A stretch of 24,000 bases of DNA from Colwellia sp. 1_MG-2023 (GCF_030546755.1 NZ_JAUOPE010000005.1:8411-32410), one strand, 5' to 3'; positions 1 to 10,903 are shown, counted from the first letter of the stretch. The notes: generated by a model from the letters alone, not told the origin. Program-made: numbers and translations.

Positions 1-243
1 GCAGGCCAAGAAATTTCAACTCGACCGTTTCAATTAGTCACGGGCCGTGTCTGGCGTGGTACAGCATTTGGTGGCGTTAAAGGCCGTACAGAATTACCTG
101 ATTATGTAGAACGTTACTTAGCGGGCGAGTTCAAGCTCAGTGATTTTATTACGCATACTATGGCACTTGAAGATATCAATGAATCATTTGAATTGATGCA
201 CCAAGGGAAAAGTATTCGCTCCGTTATTCACTTTGATAAATAA
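1..243 (+). CDS. frmA: C-terminal fragment of S-(hydroxymethyl)glutathione dehydrogenase / class III alcohol dehydrogenase; 5' end lies outside the window
   Basis: Frame 1 reads [80 protein letters not shown] then TAA at 241-243. This is the typical class III ADH C-terminus. It sits directly upstream of an S-formylglutathione hydrolase gene. Confidence 0.8.
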   Translation, partial: AGQEISTRPFQLVTGRVWRGTAFGGVKGRTELPDYVERYLAGEFKLSDFITHTMALEDINESFELMHQGKSIRSVIHFDK

Positions 244-289
244 TAACTAAACATTTTACCAGTAATTATTTAACTTTATTAGGCAGTTA

Positions 290-324
290 GTAGCCTCTTA
301 TATCTCGAAAAATAAAGAGGCTAC
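290..324 (+). other. Intercistronic stem-loop between frmA and frmB (10-bp stem GTAGCCTCTT / AAGAGGCTAC, 15-nt loop)
   Basis: Perfect inverted repeat at 290-299 and 315-324. No T-run follows, so it does not look like a classical terminator. It may be an mRNA processing or stability element. Confidence 0.4.
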
Positions 325-339
325 ATTCAGGGCTTTATC

Positions 340-1191
340 ATGACAACAGATTATTTAATTGAAAATACAAGTGCAAACAAGAGTTTTGGTGGTTGGCACA
401 AACAATATTGCCATCACTCAGAAACCTTAAACACTAAGATGCGATTTGCTATTTACTTACCTCCACAGGTAGCTAAAAACCAAAAAGTTCCGGTTTTATA
501 TTGGTTATCGGGACTTACCTGCACCGATGAAAACTTCATGCAAAAAGCAGGAGCACAGCGTATTGCTGCACAATTAGGTATTGCTATTGTGGCTCCAGAT
601 ACTAGTCCTCGTGGAGAAGGCATAGCCGATGATGATGGTTATGATTTGGGACAAGGGGCAGGTTTTTACGTCAATGCGACTCAAGCACCTTGGAATCGTC
701 ACTATCAAATGTATGATTATATCGTGAAAGAATTACCTGAACTTATTGAAGCAACTTTTCCTGTTTCTCAGAAACGTGCAATTAGTGGGCATTCAATGGG
801 AGGTCATGGTGCGCTTATCATTGCTATGCTAAATCCCAACCGTTATTGCTCAATGTCAGCCTTTAGCCCTATTTGTAACCCCATCAATGCACCTTGGGGA
901 CAAAAGGCATTTAACGCTTATCTTGGAAAAGACCAATCTACCTGGCGAAACTTCGATGCTAGCGAGCTTATGAGAGAAGCCACACAAATGGTTCCTGCAA
1001 AAGTTGACCAAGGTTTATCAGATGACTTTTTAGCTGAGCAATTAAAGCCTGAAACATTAGAAGAGGCCGCAAAAGCTAGTGGTTATCCATTAGAATTAAG
1101 TCTTCACGAAGGTTATGATCATAGCTATTATTTTATTGCTAGTTTTATAGAAGATCATTTGCACTTCCATGCCAAACATTTGAATGAATAG
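340..1191 (+). CDS. frmB: S-formylglutathione hydrolase (esterase D family)
   Basis: 283-aa ORF with the serine esterase motif GHSMGGHGAL, the N-terminal FGGW..YCHHS pattern and the C-terminal HEGYDHSYYFI pattern typical of FrmB/FghA. It is adjacent to frmA. Confidence 0.9.
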   Translation: MTTDYLIENTSANKSFGGWHKQYCHHSETLNTKMRFAIYLPPQVAKNQKVPVLYWLSGLTCTDENFMQKAGAQRIAAQLGIAIVAPDTSPRGEGIADDDGYDLGQGAGFYVNATQAPWNRHYQMYDYIVKELPELIEATFPVSQKRAISGHSMGGHGALIIAMLNPNRYCSMSAFSPICNPINAPWGQKAFNAYLGKDQSTWRNFDASELMREATQMVPAKVDQGLSDDFLAEQLKPETLEEAAKASGYPLELSLHEGYDHSYYFIASFIEDHLHFHAKHLNE

Positions 1192-1208
1192 TAATATAAT
1201 ATATCTCT

Positions 1209-1245
1209 AACTGTATCAGATTGAAATTTTTGAGCTGATACAGTT
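1209..1245. terminator. Hairpin between convergent frmB and cca (11-bp stem AACTGTATCAG / CTGATACAGTT); overlaps the last codons of cca
   Basis: Perfect inverted repeat at 1209-1219 and 1235-1245 with a T-rich 15-nt loop. It lies where two convergent transcripts end. Confidence 0.4.
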
Positions 1246-2487
1246 AATAACATTCATTCTCTCGATATCCATTGCTTCTTTAATTGCTTTTCCTTTTAAT
1301 CCTTGCTTGACGAATTTTTTTGCATTAATTTTTGCACATTCATCTGCTATGTTACGCAGGAAGTTTGATTGTAAGTATGTTTGATTTTCACTAGTCAGTC
1401 GCCCTTTAAAGTCAGCTTCACAAACGATTAAAAAGTCTTCAAATTCATCGGGTTTTCGCCATACATCGAGTTTATTAAATAAAGTTAAAATAGTTTGCGG
1501 CTTTAATTCAAAAGCTCGATGACTTTGCAAGTGAAATTGGCACACTTTTAGGGCTAATGATTTTACTTTATTAGGCACTTTGAATGTTTGACAAACTTTT
1601 TCTATTAAAGGTAAACCACGTTGTTCATGGCCAATATGTTTAGGTAGTGAGTCTTTGCTGGATAAGGTTTTGCCCAGATCATGACAAAGGGTGGCAAAGC
1701 GGACTGATATTTTGTCTGATAATGTAACACTTTGCTGTAACACCATCATAGTATGAATACCTGAGCAACCTTTTGGGTGATGATTTGCAGGATGATGATT
1801 TACAGGATTAGAGATGCCCCATAATGCATCTAATTCAGGCCACAGTTTTTTTAGCGCGCCACAGTCACGTAAAGTATGAAAAAATACTTCAGGATGAGCT
1901 TCTGCCAAGCTGCGAGACATTTCTTGCCAAATGCGTTCACCCGATAAAGTCAGTAACTCATCACCTTCACTTATTGCTTGCATAAGTGCCATGGTTTCAG
2001 GGGCAATTGTAAAACCATATTGATGAAACCTAGTTGCGAAGCGGGCTACTCTTAATACCCTTAATGGATCTTCGATAAAGGCGCTTGAGACATGGCGTAA
2101 TATTCTATTTTCTAAATCTTTTTTACCGCCGTAAGGATCAATAATGTCGCCAGTATCACTTAAAGCCATGGCGTTAATCGTGAGATCTCGACGAAGCAAA
2201 TCATCTTCCAATGAAACATTTGTATCAGCATTACAAATAAAGCCAGTGTAGCCTCTACCTTGTTTACGCTCAGTTCTAGCTAAGGCGTACTCTTCTTTAG
2301 TATCAGGGTGTAAAAATACTGGAAAATCTTTCCCTACTTGTGTAAAACCCAGCGAAAGCATTTCGTCTACTGTGCTGCCTACTACCACCCAGTCATGATC
2401 ATAAACTTCTCGATTAAGTAGTTGATCACGTACAGCTCCACCAACTAGGTAAATATTAAGGGATGTTAAGTTACTAATTTCAGGCAT
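1216..2487 (-). CDS. cca: Multifunctional CCA-adding tRNA nucleotidyltransferase with HD phosphohydrolase domain
   Basis: N-terminal IYLVGGAVRDQLL nucleotidyltransferase motif, RRDLTINA motif, and an HD region (LCHDLGK). Its 423-aa length is comparable to E. coli Cca. Confidence 0.9.
   Translation of the reverse strand: MPEISNLTSLNIYLVGGAVRDQLLNREVYDHDWVVVGSTVDEMLSLGFTQVGKDFPVFLHPDTKEEYALARTERKQGRGYTGFICNADTNVSLEDDLLRRDLTINAMALSDTGDIIDPYGGKKDLENRILRHVSSAFIEDPLRVLRVARFATRFHQYGFTIAPETMALMQAISEGDELLTLSGERIWQEMSRSLAEAHPEVFFHTLRDCGALKKLWPELDALWGISNPVNHHPANHHPKGCSGIHTMMVLQQSVTLSDKISVRFATLCHDLGKTLSSKDSLPKHIGHEQRGLPLIEKVCQTFKVPNKVKSLALKVCQFHLQSHRAFELKPQTILTLFNKLDVWRKPDEFEDFLIVCEADFKGRLTSENQTYLQSNFLRNIADECAKINAKKFVKQGLKGKAIKEAMDIERMNVINCISSKISI
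1776..1805 (-). repeat. In-frame 15-bp tandem duplication inside cca (GGTGATGATTTGCAG / GATGATGATTTACAG, 13/15 identical)
   Basis: Read directly from the sequence. On the coding strand it encodes PVNHH-PANHH just before the GIHTMM segment of the HD domain. Confidence 0.6.
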
Positions 2488-2659
2488 TATTTTCTATTCA
2501 TTGTTTAAAAGGAGCATAAAGTCACAGCTATAACCGTCAGTAAATTACTACAACGCGTCAAACTTACCATAAGTTTACCATAGTCGTTCGTGATTTTTTG
2601 ACTTCTGATAGACGACAAGGTACTTTCTTGAGGTTGTTTTTTATATTTAATGAAGAGTT

Positions 2660-4336
2660 ATGTACACAGCTTATTTTGGTTTAAGTGAAGCGCCATTTAC
2701 CATCGCCCCTGATCCAGCTTATCTATTTATGAGTGATCGCCATCGTGAAGCACTCGCTCACTTAAGTTATGGTTTAGGCGACAACGGAGGCTTTGTTTTG
2801 CTCACGGGCGAAGTGGGGACTGGAAAAACCACCATTAGTCGAACTGTGATGGATAAGTTGCCAGAGAATACGCAAGCCTCATTTATTCTCAATCCAACGT
2901 TATCGTGTGAAGAATTACTGGCATGTATTTGCGATAACTTAAAAATTCGTTATAAAAAAACCGGAGCTACCCTTAAATATTTAACTGATAAAATTCAAAC
3001 TAAGCTGCAAAAAAATCACCAAGAAAATATCAATACTTTATTGATTATAGACGAAGCTCAACACCTTAAACCTGAAGTGCTTGAACAATTACGTTTGTTG
3101 ACAAATTTAGAGACAAATACCAAAAAACTATTACAGGTGATATTAATAGGTCAGCCTGAATTACAGCAACTATTACAGCGTAGAGATTTAAGACAATTAG
3201 CGCAACGAATCACCGCACGCTATCATTTATTACCGTTAACAAAACAGGAATTGAGCCAATATATTCAACATCGATTATCTGTCGCTCACTGTACAAGAGC
3301 TTTATTTAATAAAGCGGCGATATCTGCTTTACACAAAATATCTAATGGTATTCCTCGAGTAATAAACTTGTTATGTGAGCGGGCTTTAGTGATTGCCTAC
3401 AGTAAAAACGATGCGGTTATCGGACGCTCTATTATTCAACAAGCCGCTGTTGAAGCTCTGGGAGATCACCAAATAAAAGCGCCAGTTTGGCATTTACCGA
3501 TGAAAATTGCCTCGTTGATATTGTTAGTTGGTATGGTTGGTTATCTCGGGTATTGGTTTGGTACGGATAAAATATCGACAACCGATGTTGTGCTAAGCAC
3601 TGTAGCTGATAGCCCAAAAAACAATGACGCTAATCAAACGATTGTTGAAAATCAACTAAATACTAACGTGGCTACAGATACTCAGCAAACAGCTACTTCT
3701 ACTGTAAATAAAGCACAACCCAATCAACTTGCTCCTCATCTTAATCTAGATAGTCCTACGATTAATCAGTCTAATAACGAAGTCGTTAATGCTGATACTG
3801 AACAATTAATAACGGACGATGCTGCTTTAGCTGCAAATATCGAACAACACGCAAAACCTAGGGTGTTAGGATACCAGCCTGAAAAAGTAACGCTAACGCA
3901 TGATAATAAAGTTATCACAAATGAGCAGTTTGATATTGTTGCTGAACCGGGGGTTTCTGAGGATGTTCTTACCCGCTTTAAAGCAGCTATTGATGAAACA
4001 AAACCAACAAATATCATAGAGAATCAACAAAACGTATCAAACCAAAATGATCATGGGTATGCAAATACTAATGACGAGATCATTGATGATGATGTTCAGC
4101 AATATCGCGCCGTTCATCAATTGCCTGTGAGATTACAAGAATCGTTACCTTCGTTACAATTTGACATGCATATCTTTGCCACTGAAGGTCAGGGATGGGT
4201 TCGCGTCAATGGTAAAGATCGCCGCGAAGGTGAGCAAATTGCTCAAGGAGTGGTACTGACTAAAATTTTCCCTCAACAAGTTTTATTAAGTTATCAACAA
4301 GAGCAGTTTACTATGCCAGCGTTATCTAGTTGGTAG
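2660..4336 (+). CDS. exeA: ExeA/GspA-type AAA ATPase fused through a TM segment and a Q/N/T-rich linker to a GspB-like (T2SSB) C-terminal domain
   Basis: N-terminus YFGLSEAPF..P.YLF.S..H.EAL..L..G, Walker A GEVGTGKTT and Walker B LLIIDEAQ are typical of ExeA (COG3267). A hydrophobic segment (IASLILLVGMVGYLGYWF) follows. The C-terminus MHIFATEGQGWVRVNGKDRREGEQIAQGVVLTKIFPQQVLLSYQQEQFTMPA matches the GspB C-terminal pattern. Confidence 0.7.
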   Translation: MYTAYFGLSEAPFTIAPDPAYLFMSDRHREALAHLSYGLGDNGGFVLLTGEVGTGKTTISRTVMDKLPENTQASFILNPTLSCEELLACICDNLKIRYKKTGATLKYLTDKIQTKLQKNHQENINTLLIIDEAQHLKPEVLEQLRLLTNLETNTKKLLQVILIGQPELQQLLQRRDLRQLAQRITARYHLLPLTKQELSQYIQHRLSVAHCTRALFNKAAISALHKISNGIPRVINLLCERALVIAYSKNDAVIGRSIIQQAAVEALGDHQIKAPVWHLPMKIASLILLVGMVGYLGYWFGTDKISTTDVVLSTVADSPKNNDANQTIVENQLNTNVATDTQQTATSTVNKAQPNQLAPHLNLDSPTINQSNNEVVNADTEQLITDDAALAANIEQHAKPRVLGYQPEKVTLTHDNKVITNEQFDIVAEPGVSEDVLTRFKAAIDETKPTNIIENQQNVSNQNDHGYANTNDEIIDDDVQQYRAVHQLPVRLQESLPSLQFDMHIFATEGQGWVRVNGKDRREGEQIAQGVVLTKIFPQQVLLSYQQEQFTMPALSSW

Positions 4337-4369
4337 AATTATTTTTATTTGGTTGTTGAACTTTGTCAG

Positions 4370-5605
4370 TTAGTTAATAAAAGCTGCTTTAAAAAAGCCT
4401 AATAAATTGATATTAAATTCTTCCGGTTTAATACAACGATCAATTTGGTCTTTATATTTTGATTCACTTAAGTTTATTTCTTGAATAGGGATTGCTTGGT
4501 TCATTCTCGTGTTATAAAAAACTCGTACAAAAGGGTGTAATGGTTTTTTCTTGTTTAATTTACTGATCAAGCCTAATTTCCCACTATTTAGTTTAACTAA
4601 GGTACCTACAGGGTAAACACCTAAGCATTGAATAAACTTTTCAACAAGTTCTTCATCATAAACATCAGGTGACTCAGCGATCAATGCTTTAAATGCGTTA
4701 ATTGGATGTACGCTGCTTTTGTAAGGTCGACTAGAGGTCATAGAATCATAAGCATTTACTATAGCGATCATTCGGCCATATTTAGATATTTGATCGCCTT
4801 TTAATTGGTTAGGGTAACCGGAGCCATCAATTCGCTCATGATGTTCTTTAACCATTTTAATCGCAATATAAGAAATACTTGGCGATTCCTCTAAAAGCTT
4901 AATACCTAAAGCGACATGACTTTTCATGATGTTATTTTCTTTTTCAGTGAGGACAGTTTTTTTATTGAGTATTTCTTTAGGAATTAACACTATGCCAATG
5001 TCATGTAAAAAAGCACCAAGGGTAAGTTCTTGAATAATACGTTTATCTATATTTAAATGTTTTGCAAATACTGACATCAATATAGCAACATTTAATGAAT
5101 GCTCTGTGAGTTGTTTATCTTTAGTTTGTAGTCGCGACAGGCAGGTGAGCGCATCTTGATTTCTAAAAATAGAATCAACCATTGCATCTGTGGTGCTTTG
5201 TATATCTTCTGCAGGTAAAGACTTTTCTTGTTTGATTTGATTCAGAATTTTGCTTTGTAAATCTTTGGCACTTTTATAAAGGTGATTGGCTTTTTTGAGT
5301 TCGCTGTCTAACGATATTGGCAAGGCTTTATTGTTTGCCGATTGCTTGTTGCCATTAATCGTTTCAATATTAGGCAAAACACTTGCTAAGTTAACGGTTT
5401 GTTGTTGTTTTTCAGGTATAATCACCAGAGTCGTTACTCTAGCATTTTGTAGTTGAGTAATTTGTTCCTCGCAAGAAATATAACCTTCAGATTTAATGCT
5501 AAGATTTGAGCTGTCCGAAAATGATTTTATATACATGCCGACTTTAAGTTGTTCAATACTGATCACTTTGGAAGCTTCGGTTAAATTATTCTCTTTTTTT
5601 GTCAT
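4370..5605 (-). CDS. HD-GYP domain protein (putative cyclic-di-GMP phosphodiesterase) with DUF3391-like N-terminal domain
   Basis: HD motif (FLHDIGI) and HHERIDGSGYP signature. The N-terminal LKVGMYI segment is typical of DUF3391-HD-GYP proteins. Confidence 0.85.
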   Translation of the reverse strand: MTKKENNLTEASKVISIEQLKVGMYIKSFSDSSNLSIKSEGYISCEEQITQLQNARVTTLVIIPEKQQQTVNLASVLPNIETINGNKQSANNKALPISLDSELKKANHLYKSAKDLQSKILNQIKQEKSLPAEDIQSTTDAMVDSIFRNQDALTCLSRLQTKDKQLTEHSLNVAILMSVFAKHLNIDKRIIQELTLGAFLHDIGIVLIPKEILNKKTVLTEKENNIMKSHVALGIKLLEESPSISYIAIKMVKEHHERIDGSGYPNQLKGDQISKYGRMIAIVNAYDSMTSSRPYKSSVHPINAFKALIAESPDVYDEELVEKFIQCLGVYPVGTLVKLNSGKLGLISKLNKKKPLHPFVRVFYNTRMNQAIPIQEINLSESKYKDQIDRCIKPEEFNINLLGFFKAAFIN

Positions 5606-5870
5606 AATTTATTTTAATTTTGAAATGTACATTAGCCTAAAAACGCTACGAACGTATACGAAATCTGGCGCTATTCATCAGGATATTTAGGTAAGTTAAA
5701 ATCTTCTTAATAATTGTTTTACTTGCAATCTATGCAATAGCTAAATTATTGAAGAATCTCGCTGATAAATTTTAACTGTTGACATAATTATAGAACAAAA
5801 AAACACGAATATTGATAACACAGTGTTCGAATGTTATTTGTGATAAATATTTATAGAAGGAGGGAGAAAT

Positions 5871-5894
5871 ACCCTGATAAGCATATATCAGGGT
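5871..5894 (-). terminator. Probable leu operon terminator hairpin (9-bp stem ACCCTGATA / TATCAGGGT, 6-nt loop)
   Basis: Perfect inverted repeat about 40 nt downstream of the leuD stop. On the minus strand it is followed by ATTTCTCCCTCCTTCT, which is pyrimidine-rich but not a clean U-run. Confidence 0.45.
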
Positions 5895-5933
5895 AGGTAT
5901 GTAAGATTCGTTAAAAAGCGGTATATATGAATC

Positions 5934-6530
5934 TTATTGCCATATCGGCATTTTTGCTTCAAACGCTTTAATAGCATCAATTTTTTTCAGGGTCCAACCA
6001 ACACTATCAATGCCTTCTTCCAAGCAATATTGATGAAATTTATCCAACGAAAATTGATAGCTTTTGCTTGAGCCAGTAATTTGATTTTTTTCTAAATCAA
6101 TCGTTAAGTTCACTTCGCCGTTTTCGCAGTCAGCAAAAAGTTCATTGATTTCATCATCAGATAATTTAATTGGTAATAAACCGATATTGATACAATTACC
6201 ATAGAAAATATCGGCAAAGCTTGGCGCAATAATAACTTTAAAGCCGTATTCCTCTAACGCCCATGGGGCATGCTCTCTACTTGAACCACAACCAAAATTT
6301 TCACGTGTTAATAAAATACTTGCCCCTTGGTATTGAGGCGCATTTAAAATGAACTCTGGATTGTCTTGATGCCCTGAAGCATCTAAGTAGCGCCAATCAT
6401 GAAATAAATGTTTGCCAAAACCAATACGCTCCGTTTTTTGTAAAAACTGTTTTGGGATGATCTGATCAGTATCAACATTTGATGCATCTAAAGGAACGAC
6501 TAAACCTGAATGTGTTGTAAATTTTTCCAT
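5934..6530 (-). CDS. leuD: 3-isopropylmalate dehydratase small subunit
   Basis: 198-aa ORF with the typical LeuD N-terminus ([20 protein letters not shown]) and the [13 protein letters not shown] motif. It lies downstream of leuC. Confidence 0.95.
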   Translation of the reverse strand: MEKFTTHSGLVVPLDASNVDTDQIIPKQFLQKTERIGFGKHLFHDWRYLDASGHQDNPEFILNAPQYQGASILLTRENFGCGSSREHAPWALEEYGFKVIIAPSFADIFYGNCINIGLLPIKLSDDEINELFADCENGEVNLTIDLEKNQITGSSKSYQFSLDKFHQYCLEEGIDSVGWTLKKIDAIKAFEAKMPIWQ

Positions 6531-6542
6531 TATTATTGCTCC

Positions 6543-7952
6543 TTAAGCATTTAAATCAACAAAATGACCAGCGATAGCCGATGCCGCAGCAAGCTCTGGG
6601 CTTACTAAGTGAGTACGACTGCCTCGACCTTGGCGACCTTCAAAGTTACGATTACTCGTTGATGCACAACGGTCACCTTCGGACAAAACATCGTCATTCA
6701 TGCCTAAACACATTGAACAGCCCGGTAAACGCCATTCAAAACCAGCATCAATAAATATTTTTGATAAACCTTCTGCTTCTGCTTGTTCTTTAACGCGATA
6801 AGAGCCCGGTACTACAATCGCATTGACCTTGCTTGATACTTTCTCACCATTGGCCGTAAAACGCTTCACCGTGTTTGCTGCTGCGCGCAAGTCTTCAATG
6901 CGTGAATTAGTGCAAGAGCCGATAAAGACATTATTAATTTCAATATCGGTGATTTTAGTGCCTGCTTCTAAGCCCATATAGACTAGCGCTGCGGCACAAG
7001 AATCTTTTTCTACTGGATCGGTAAAGTCATCAGGAGAAGGGACGACGCCGTCTACTGAAGTTACTTGTCCAGGCGTTGTGCCCCAAGTAATTTGCGCTTT
7101 TATGTCTTCAGCTTTTAACGTTAATACCGTATCAAATTGTGCGCCATCGTCAGTTTTTAATGTTTTCCAATCTGCAACCGCTTGTTGCCAAACTTCACCT
7201 TTTGGTGCGTACTCTTTGCCTTCTAAGTAATCAAAAGTGCTTTGATCCGGAGCAATTAAACCGGCTTTTGCGCCAAATTCAATACTCATGTTACAAACGG
7301 TCATACGTTCTTCCATGGTTAATGCTTCAATTGCACTACCACAATATTCGACAACATAACCTGTCGCGCCGGCACTACCTGTTTTACCAATGATAGCTAA
7401 GATAATATCTTTCGCGCTGATCCCTTCACCAACTTGACCATTTACTTCAATTTTCATGGTTTTGGCTTTTGTTTGACGTAAGGTTTGCGTCGCAAAAACA
7501 TGTTCTACTTCTGAAGTACCAATGCCGAATGCTAACGCGCCAAAAGCGCCATGGGTTGCAGTATGAGAGTCGCCACACACGATAATAGTGCCTGGTAACG
7601 TTAAGCCAAGCTCAGGACCCATAACATGGACGATACCTTGGTTTTTATGACCCATACCAAATAATTCAATGCCAAATTCTTTACAGTTCTTCTCTAACGT
7701 GCGTAATTGGTTCGCTGCACCTTCGCCTGCGGCATCAATTTCAATAGAGCGGGTTGAAATATTATGGTCCATGGTCGCAATAGTTCGCTCTGGGTGGCGA
7801 ATAGGGCGGTTATGAAACTTTAAATTAGCAAAAGCTTGTGGTGAAGTTACTTCATGTATCAAATGGCGATCAACATAAAGTAATGGCGTTTCACCGGCTT
7901 TTTCTTCAACTAAGTGTTGTTGCCATAATTTTTCATATAAAGTTGTTGCCAT
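6543..7952 (-). CDS. leuC: 3-isopropylmalate dehydratase large subunit
   Basis: 469-aa ORF with TLYEKLW..H N-terminus, aconitase-family Fe-S cysteine motifs ([22 protein letters not shown]) and the [14 protein letters not shown] motif. Confidence 0.95.
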   Translation of the reverse strand: MATTLYEKLWQQHLVEEKAGETPLLYVDRHLIHEVTSPQAFANLKFHNRPIRHPERTIATMDHNISTRSIEIDAAGEGAANQLRTLEKNCKEFGIELFGMGHKNQGIVHVMGPELGLTLPGTIIVCGDSHTATHGAFGALAFGIGTSEVEHVFATQTLRQTKAKTMKIEVNGQVGEGISAKDIILAIIGKTGSAGATGYVVEYCGSAIEALTMEERMTVCNMSIEFGAKAGLIAPDQSTFDYLEGKEYAPKGEVWQQAVADWKTLKTDDGAQFDTVLTLKAEDIKAQITWGTTPGQVTSVDGVVPSPDDFTDPVEKDSCAAALVYMGLEAGTKITDIEINNVFIGSCTNSRIEDLRAAANTVKRFTANGEKVSSKVNAIVVPGSYRVKEQAEAEGLSKIFIDAGFEWRLPGCSMCLGMNDDVLSEGDRCASTSNRNFEGRQGRGSRTHLVSPELAAASAIAGHFVDLNA

Positions 7953-7954
7953 TA

Positions 7955-9094
<1,140 letters not shown>

Positions 9095-9169
9095 TTATCA
9101 TAAAATCAACAATAGTTAATTGGTATGACGTGCTACTAATTGCCTAGCGATAATTTTATCGCTGCTTAG

Positions 9170-10714
9170 TTATTTCTTACTATCTTGTTTAATCGCCGCA
9201 ATTTTTTGTGCGCGATGAATACTATTAAGCGTATGAATAAGTGCTTGACCAGATGCTTCTATAACATCGGTTGCTAAGCCATAACCATGGAAGTTTCTTC
9301 CTTGCCAGGTCACCACTAAATCAGCCTTGCCTAAGCCGTCTTCACCTTCACCTTTGTTTGATATTTTGTAGTCGGCTACTTCGAAATCAATATCAACGGC
9401 TTTCTTGATTGCTCGATATAAACAATCGACTGGACCATTACCGGTTTCTGACACTATTTGACTATTTTCGCCAGACAGTAATTTAATACTCGCTGTTGCA
9501 AAATCACCACCACCACATTGCACATTTAAAGTATCTAAATGGTAATAATCTTTGGCGTCTTGTTGCTGAAGATTAAAATGTAATGCTTCTAAATCATCAT
9601 CAAAAACTTGGCCTTTTTTGTCAGCTAATTCTAGAAAATCAGTATATAACTCTTCTAAATTAAACTCGTTTTCTTGATAGCCTAAACTTTCCATTCGATG
9701 TTTAATGACGTGGCGACCACTACGCGAGGTTAAGTTTAATTTTGTTTTAGCAATACCGACACTTTCAGGTGTCATTATTTCGTAGGTGTTGCTTGCTTTT
9801 AACATGCCGTCTTGATGAATACCTGACGAATGACTAAAGGCGTTTCCGCCAACAATCGCTTTATTTAACTGCACTGGCATATTACATAAATCACTGACTA
9901 GTTTTGACGTACGGGCAATTTCTTGGTGATTAATATTGGTTTTCACGCCTAAAAATTCGTGACGAGTTTTCATGATCATGGCAACTTCTTCTAAAGAACA
10001 GTTACCAGCACGTTCGCCAATACCATTAATCGTGCACTCTATTTGACGAGCTCCAGCTTGTACCGCCGACATTGAGTTTGCTACCGCTAAACCTAAATCG
10101 TTATGACAATGCACAGAAATAATCGCTTGATCGATATTCGGTACGCGATTGAATAAATTAGTGATTATACCGCCAAACTCGTTAGGGATAGTGTAACCAA
10201 CGGTATCTGGAATATTCACCGTAGTTGCCCCTGCTTTGATGGCATTTTCCACCATGCGACATAAGTTATCGATAGGTGTACGTCCTGCATCTTCACAAGA
10301 AAACTCAACATCATCGGTAAATTTTCGGGCAAATTTAACTGCGTTAATCGCCATTGCTTCGACATCAGAAAAGTCTTTTTTCAATTTTTGTTGAACATGA
10401 ACATCTGACGTTGAAATAAAGGTATGAATTCTGAAATGATCTGCAACTTTTAATGCATCGGCACAGGCTTGAATATCCCCTTCAACGGCTCTTGCTAATG
10501 CACAAACACGAGAGTTCTTCACGGTTTGGGCAATTTTTTGCACGGATTCAAAATCACCAGGAGAAGAAACCGGAAAACCAACTTCCATTACATCAACACC
10601 TAAGCGTTCAATAGCAAGTGCGATTTGTAGTTTTTCATGCACTGAAAGACTTGCGTTTAACGCCTGTTCACCATCTCGTAATGTAGTGTCAAAAATAACG
10701 ACTTGGTTATCCAT
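9170..10714 (-). CDS. leuA: 2-isopropylmalate synthase
   Basis: 514-aa ORF. N-terminal [15 protein letters not shown] is nearly identical to the E. coli LeuA start. [13 protein letters not shown] motif is present. It is the first gene of leuABCD. Confidence 0.95.
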   Translation of the reverse strand: MDNQVVIFDTTLRDGEQALNASLSVHEKLQIALAIERLGVDVMEVGFPVSSPGDFESVQKIAQTVKNSRVCALARAVEGDIQACADALKVADHFRIHTFISTSDVHVQQKLKKDFSDVEAMAINAVKFARKFTDDVEFSCEDAGRTPIDNLCRMVENAIKAGATTVNIPDTVGYTIPNEFGGIITNLFNRVPNIDQAIISVHCHNDLGLAVANSMSAVQAGARQIECTINGIGERAGNCSLEEVAMIMKTRHEFLGVKTNINHQEIARTSKLVSDLCNMPVQLNKAIVGGNAFSHSSGIHQDGMLKASNTYEIMTPESVGIAKTKLNLTSRSGRHVIKHRMESLGYQENEFNLEELYTDFLELADKKGQVFDDDLEALHFNLQQQDAKDYYHLDTLNVQCGGGDFATASIKLLSGENSQIVSETGNGPVDCLYRAIKKAVDIDFEVADYKISNKGEGEDGLGKADLVVTWQGRNFHGYGLATDVIEASGQALIHTLNSIHRAQKIAAIKQDSKK

Positions 10715-10777
10715 AATTGCTTCCTTTAATAATATTAATAACTACTTTATGCCAAAAAAATTATAAATTACGGGCAT

Positions 10778-10808
10778 AAAAAAACCCGCGAAATTTGGCG
10801 CGGGTTTT
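10778..10808 (-). terminator. leu attenuator: intrinsic terminator between the leader peptide and leuA
   Basis: The minus-strand RNA reads AAAACCCGCG-CCAAAUUU-CGCGGGUUUUUUU, a GC-rich stem followed by a 7-U run. It lies about 65 nt upstream of the leuA start and about 33 nt downstream of the leader stop. Confidence 0.75.
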
Positions 10809-10840
10809 AATTGTTTTATCTGATTTAATTCAATAAAAAA

Positions 10841-10903
10841 CTATCCGCGCATACTTAATGCGAGGAGGAGGTTAGTACGAATTGTAGAAATTAAATGCAA
10901 CAT
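10841..10903 (-). CDS. leuL: leu operon leader peptide, 20 aa: MLHLISTIRTNLLLALSMRG
   Basis: Hand translation of the minus strand gives ATG TTG CAT TTA ATT TCT ACA ATT CGT ACT AAC CTC CTC CTC GCA TTA AGT ATG CGC GGA TAG. Six of 20 residues are Leu, including three consecutive CTC codons. It sits upstream of the terminator and leuA, and it is too short for the ORF track. Confidence 0.7.
   Translation of the reverse strand: MLHLISTIRTNLLLALSMRG

Noticed and set aside
2555-2585. AAACTTA-CCA-TAAGTTT palindrome and the direct repeat TTACCATA x2 in the cca/exeA divergent promoter region
   Set aside because: It is a single short AT-rich palindrome with no second copy or obvious partner regulator. 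It is noted as a possible operator, but support is too weak to report as a feature.
3432-4017. Track ORFs 3432-3617 (-) and 3766-4017 (-), antisense to the exeA-like gene
   Set aside because: They lie fully inside a well-supported CDS on the opposite strand. They have low-complexity composition and no recognisable motifs or SD. They are typical shadow ORFs.
5496-5690. Track ORF 5496-5690 (+), overlapping the HD-GYP gene start
   Set aside because: It is antisense to the 5' end of a confident CDS and runs into AT-rich promoter DNA. There is no SD or family signal.
5815-5840. GTTCGAAT (T-loop-like) and the small palindrome AACACAGTGTT in the leuD/HD-GYP intergenic region, checked as a possible tRNA
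   Set aside because: No acceptor, D or anticodon stems can be drawn in the surrounding AT-rich sequence, so this is a chance match.
5857-5933. Very strong Shine-Dalgarno-like AAGGAGGGA on the plus strand with a possible 18-codon CTG-start ORF
   Set aside because: There is no ATG/GTG/TTG at a proper distance, and the only option is a CTG 10 nt away. The purine run is better explained as the complement of the pyrimidine tract following the leu terminator hairpin on the minus strand.
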